A stretch of DNA of 10,399 nucleotides from assembly GCA_031372065.1 (NCBI GenBank), contig JANMKN010000097.1:1-10399 (forward strand), written 5' to 3'. The notes below the pieces were generated by a model. That model did no database searches and was not told the DNA's origin. It saw only the letters and a program-made list of their open reading frames with translations. Below, in pieces: positions 7,793 to 10,399 of the stretch (positions within the stretch are counted from its first letter, which is position 1; every line of letters starts with the position of its first letter). The DNA is from Abditibacteriaceae bacterium. Lineage in GTDB: Bacteria > Armatimonadota > Abditibacteriia > Abditibacteriales > Abditibacteriaceae. A program made the position numbers and the translations under genes.

Positions 7793-8776
7793 ATGCAAGC
7801 AATTATCATCACGCGCCCCGGCGGACCCGAAGTTTTAGAAATCCAAAAGCGCCCTTTACCGGAACCAAGTAGCAACGAAGTGCGCGTGCGCGTCTTGGTG
7901 GCCGGACTCAATCGCGCCGACATCTTACAGAGGCAGGGCCATTATCCGGCGCCGCTCGGCTCACCTCCCGATATTCCCGGCATGGAGATTGTCGGCTTGG
8001 TAGATGCAATAGGCGCAAATGTCATGGATTGGAAAACAGGCGCGCGCGTTTTTGGTCTTGTGGGCGGCGGAGGTTATGCCGAATACATCGTGACACATGA
8101 ACGTCTTTTGGCCCCGGTGCCTGATAATCTCACCAGTGTTGAGGCAGGAGCTGTGCCCGAAGCCTTCATGACCGCGCATGATGCTTTGTTTTCACAAGCG
8201 GAACTGAAAATGGGTGAACGAGTGCTAATTCATGCCATTGGTTCGGGTGTAGCAACTGCCGGTTTGCAATTAGCAAAAGCTAACGGCTGCACCGTATACG
8301 GCACGGCGCGTTCACCGGAGAAATTAGTGAGGGCGCAAGAGATGGGCTTGGATAGTGCGTTACCTTTACCGGACTTTGTGTCTGCTGTCCAAGAATCCAC
8401 CAACTCGGTAGGAGTGCAGGTCGTGATGGATTTCGTAGGTAGCCCCTATTTTCAAAGTAATCTCGAAGCGTTATCAATACTGGGACGCTTAGTGCAGGTT
8501 GGCACAATGGCTGGAAGAAAAGCAGAAATGGATTTGGGAATGCTCATGCAAAAACGCTTGCGTCTTATGGGAACTGTTATGCGAAGCCGTCCACTCGAAG
8601 AAAAGGCATGGGTGATGCGTCGCTTTATAGAGCAAGTAGTGCCTTTATTGGCAAATGGCAAGGTAAAGCCTGTAGTGGATAAAGTGTTTCCACTAAGTGA
8701 AATCGCGCAGGCACATTTCTATATGGAAAATAATGCCAATTTTGGCAAAATCCTGTTGCAAGTCTCTGATAACTAA
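7793..8776 (+). CDS. NAD(P)H-quinone oxidoreductase, PIG3 family (MDR superfamily)
   Basis: Motifs GGPEVL, AGLNRADILQRQGHYPAP, DIPGMEIVG, GGGYAEY, PEAFMTA, GTVMRSRPLEEK and AHFYMENNANFGKILL. Confidence 0.95.
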   Translation: MQAIIITRPGGPEVLEIQKRPLPEPSSNEVRVRVLVAGLNRADILQRQGHYPAPLGSPPDIPGMEIVGLVDAIGANVMDWKTGARVFGLVGGGGYAEYIVTHERLLAPVPDNLTSVEAGAVPEAFMTAHDALFSQAELKMGERVLIHAIGSGVATAGLQLAKANGCTVYGTARSPEKLVRAQEMGLDSALPLPDFVSAVQESTNSVGVQVVMDFVGSPYFQSNLEALSILGRLVQVGTMAGRKAEMDLGMLMQKRLRLMGTVMRSRPLEEKAWVMRRFIEQVVPLLANGKVKPVVDKVFPLSEIAQAHFYMENNANFGKILLQVSDN

Positions 8777-8983
8777 TAAAGGGGCAAAACTATCACGTTA
8801 CTATCCCACTTGGTCTTGACGGCGAATTGGCATAGTAACTTTCGTAAGCGGAGCGAGCCTTGGGCTGATTAGACAGTGCTACTTCCATTCCGCCCAATCC
8901 TGACTTGTTTAATGCGGTGCAGGGGCGACAAGAGGAGATTTTTCTTTACAGACGAGCATAAAGCACACCTCCTAAAAACTCTC

Positions 8984-9013
8984 TTGCGTTCAGATAAACG
9001 GATTGGCTATAAT
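8984..9013 (+). promoter_or_regulatory. Putative sigma70-type promoter facing the att core and integrase
   Basis: TTGCGT (8984-8989), an 18-nt spacer, then a perfect TATAAT (9008-9013). Confidence 0.45.
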
Positions 9014-9080
9014 AACCAGTGAAAATGTGGCGCAAAAAACAGCACTACAGTTTCAAAAAAGAGGGCAACCAAATTTCCGA

Positions 9081-9105
9081 AAACCCCTTGTAGATCAAGG
9101 GGTTT
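9081..9105. repeat. Perfect 10-bp inverted repeat left of the tRNA core
   Basis: AAACCCCTTG-tagat-CAAGGGGTTT. Confidence 0.85.
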
Positions 9106-9118
9106 AGCCTTTTCGGTA

Positions 9119-9169
9119 AGCACTACCTTGACACGGTAGGGGTCAGAGGTTCAAATCCTCTATCGCCCA
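9119..9169 (+). pseudogene. 3' fragment of tRNA-Val(GAC) (att core), not an intact tRNA
   Basis: Anticodon arm CTACC-TTGACAC-GGTAG, variable loop GGGTC, T arm AGAGG-TTCAAAT-CCTCT and acceptor 3' strand ATCGCCC-A. The complementary 5' strand GGGCGAT is absent (AGGGGTT instead), the D stem is mismatched, and no CCA is encoded. Confidence 0.85.
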
Positions 9170-9172
9170 TGG

Positions 9173-9207
9173 AGAATAAGGGATTTTTCGACAAAAACCC
9201 TTATTCT
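9173..9207. repeat. Inverted repeat right of the tRNA core (terminator-like hairpin or protein-binding site)
   Basis: AGAATAAGGG(A)TTTTT-cgac-AAAAACCCTTATTCT. Confidence 0.8.
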
Positions 9208-9273
9208 ATAAGGCTTTTAGGGTCTTAGGAAGTTGTGGTTGCCCTCCTAAATTTGTTGTTTTAGGAGGACAAA

Positions 9274-9548
9274 ATGAAAAATTCAGCACTACAAATTCAG
9301 CACTACAGTGTAAAAAAGCTGTAGACCTTGAAATCGGTAATCATGTGGTTACCGAACGTTTGGTGCGTCTCTCTGAGGACTGGCTTGCTGACTGCCAGAT
9401 TCGCCAACATTCCCCGCGAACCATTGAGTTGCGTCGCACCTTAATTGGACGCCTGCAATGGTTTCTCAATGACCGCGACTTGTCGCAATGCGGAAAATCG
9501 GAACTTCGCCAGTTTTTTGCTTATCTGTCCACCGGCCATAATCGTAAT
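9274..9548 (+). pseudogene. Tyrosine recombinase/integrase N-terminal (SAM-like core-binding) fragment, frameshifted and IS-interrupted
   Basis: EDWLADCQIRQHSPRTIELRRTLIGRLQWFL...ELRQFFAYL fits the Phage_int_SAM pattern. AGGAGG (9263-9268) and ATG 9274 fall in frame with it if one 14-bp repeat unit is removed. An IS3 end starts at 9549. Confidence 0.75.
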
Positions 9549-9630
9549 TGGAGTTACCCCTGAAATATGGACAATTAGTTAAGCAAGGATTGTTCGTAGT
9601 CGTGTGGACTTAAATAGCCCAGGGTTGAAT
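9549..9630 (-). mobile_element. Right end of a minus-strand IS3-family element (IRR plus the last OrfB codons)
   Basis: IS3-type terminus TGGAGTTACCCCTGAAATATGGACA (9549-9573). Minus strand 9628-9575 encodes STLGYLSPHDYEQSLLN*, the typical IS3 OrfB C-terminal (H)SxLGYxSPxxYE motif. Confidence 0.85.
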
Positions 9631-9677
9631 TGATCTTTCCTTGAAAGAGTGGACACGGAATGATAGAGGATTGAAAA

Positions 9678-10040
9678 ATGAAACCAATCCGCCCCAACAT
9701 CTCCAAAGGTGCGACTTACCCGCCTGAGTTCCGGGAAGAAGCCGTGCGTTACTGGCTCTCCAGCGGCCAAACTTTGACTGCCGTGGCTTCCGATTTGGGC
9801 TTGTCGCCTCAATGCCTGCGCGATTGGCGTAAGCAGATGGAAGCCACTCCATCGCACACTCGCGCCGTTGATACCGCTGCCGCGCCTCCTTCAAGTGAGT
9901 TGGCTTTGGCGCGTGAGATCGGTCAGTTGTGTCGTGAGTTGGAGACCATGACGCGCCAACGGGACATTTTAAAAAGGCTATCAGCCCTGCCCATTCATGG
10001 GCGCCCGTTTCGGAAGACAAGGCCATCAGCGGAGGTTTGA
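9678..10040 (+). CDS. IS3-family transposase OrfA (HTH_Tnp_1-like); C-terminus probably frameshifted
   Basis: YPPEFREEAVR...TLTAVASDLGLSPQCLRDWRKQ...RELETMTRQRDILK, with GAGG upstream. Confidence 0.85.
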   Translation: MKPIRPNISKGATYPPEFREEAVRYWLSSGQTLTAVASDLGLSPQCLRDWRKQMEATPSHTRAVDTAAAPPSSELALAREIGQLCRELETMTRQRDILKRLSALPIHGRPFRKTRPSAEV

Positions 10041-10263
10041 AGTGATCCAAAACATCATAAAGCCTTCGGCATCCGCATCGGCTTTTGAAGTGCGTGTGGT
10101 GTGCGCGGCTTTGGGCGTTTCGCCCAGCGGCTTTTACGCGCACCGCCATAAGCCAGAGCGCCTTCGCCGCTGCGAAGATAAGACGAGGATAAGACGAGGA
10201 TAATATCTTAGCGAATGAACTCCGTAGTGCTTTTGAGACTTTTGAGCAGAGCGGAGGCACTTA
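9997..10263 (+). pseudogene. IS3-family OrfB N-terminal remnant, frameshifted by tandem duplications and cut by an IS5 element
   Basis: VCAALGVSPSGFYAHRHKP in one frame continues as DNILANELRSAFE(TFE)QSGGT in the next frame after (GATAAGACGAG)x2. Confidence 0.8.
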
Positions 10264-10399
10264 GAGTCTGTCTTCATAAGTGCCGGTAACGGAAGGTTGG
10301 ATCAGGATTGAACGCCGGTTTTAAGCGTCTAAGCCAACGATGGAGTGAGGCCACTTGCAAGGTCGCTCGGCTACAGTCGGGATTCTGCTCATAATCACG
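10264..10399 (-). mobile_element. Right end of an IS5-family (IS1031-like) element with the transposase C-terminus, running off the window
   Basis: Minus strand 10399-10274 encodes RDYEQNPDCSRATLQVASLHRWLRRLKPAFNPDPTFRYRHL*, matching the DYE...S.A....A....LRRL C-terminus of IS1031-group transposases. The terminus GAGTCTGTCTTCATAAG is preceded by TTA (10261-10263), a TWA-type target. Confidence 0.78.

Larger units (their letters stand above)
9040..9309. mobile_element. att site of a tRNA-Val-targeting tyrosine-integrase element, attP-like architecture
   Basis: A tRNA 3' fragment forms the core. Direct repeats: CAGCACTACAGT at 9040-9051 and 9298-9309, plus CAGCACTACA at 9284-9293. Inverted pair GAGGGCAACCA (9061-9071) / TGGTTGCCCTC (9236-9246). 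Hairpins lie on either side of the core, and the integrase N-terminus is immediately downstream. Confidence 0.75.
9631..10263 (+). mobile_element. Left part of a second, degenerate IS3-family element
   Basis: IRL TGATCTTTCCTTGAAAGAGTGGACACG (9631-9657) closely resembles the E. coli IS3 left end as I recall it. It is followed by orfA and the orfB N-terminus (RFEVI...VRVVCAALGVSPSGFYA...ED..L..ELRSAFE..SGGT), interrupted at 10263. Confidence 0.88.

Noticed and set aside
104..8661. Numerous 60-177-aa alternative-frame and antisense ORFs within the six main genes
   Set aside because: They are nested in well-supported CDSs and show no recognisable motifs.
9098..9172. Intact functional tRNA-Val(GAC)
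   Set aside because: The 5' acceptor strand cannot pair with ATCGCCC (three mismatches in the expected register) and the D stem is broken. Only the 3' 51 nt are canonical.
9040..9309. CRISPR-like array from the CAGCACTACA repeats
   Set aside because: The repeats are only 10-14 bp, irregularly spaced, and no cas genes are present. Integrase arm sites explain them better.
10224..10231. GTAGTGCT, the reverse complement of the arm motif AGCACTAC
   Set aside because: It lies within IS3 orfB coding sequence far from the core, and a single 8-mer match is plausible by chance.
9610..10260. 216-aa minus-strand ORF (and 9579-9857)
   Set aside because: These are antisense shadows of the IS3 orfA/orfB region that cross element boundaries and have no motifs.

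Overview
Bacterial accessory, island-like window. From left to right on the + strand: a 5'-truncated McrB-family AAA+ GTPase with a low-GC domain inserted in its motor; McrC (PD-(D/E)xK nuclease); a GH4 NAD+-dependent glycoside hydrolase; a class II Fic protein with a probable C-terminal wHTH; a secreted DUF4139-like protein; and a PIG3-type NAD(P)H-quinone oxidoreductase. mcrB, mcrC and the GH4 gene are chained by two ATGA stop/start overlaps. The right end carries the 3' two-thirds of a tRNA-Val(GAC), flanked on both sides by hairpins and matching repeats in an attP-like layout. It is followed by a tyrosine-integrase N-terminus interrupted by three nested IS remnants: the right end of a minus-strand IS3, a plus-strand IS3 inserted in it, and an IS5/IS1031-like element inserted in that. 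The most interesting leads are the McrBC-GH4 coupling (speculatively a deglycosylate-then-restrict defence module) and the attP-like junction, where a 14-bp duplication frameshifts the integrase. All family calls come from motif recognition by eye; no searches were run.
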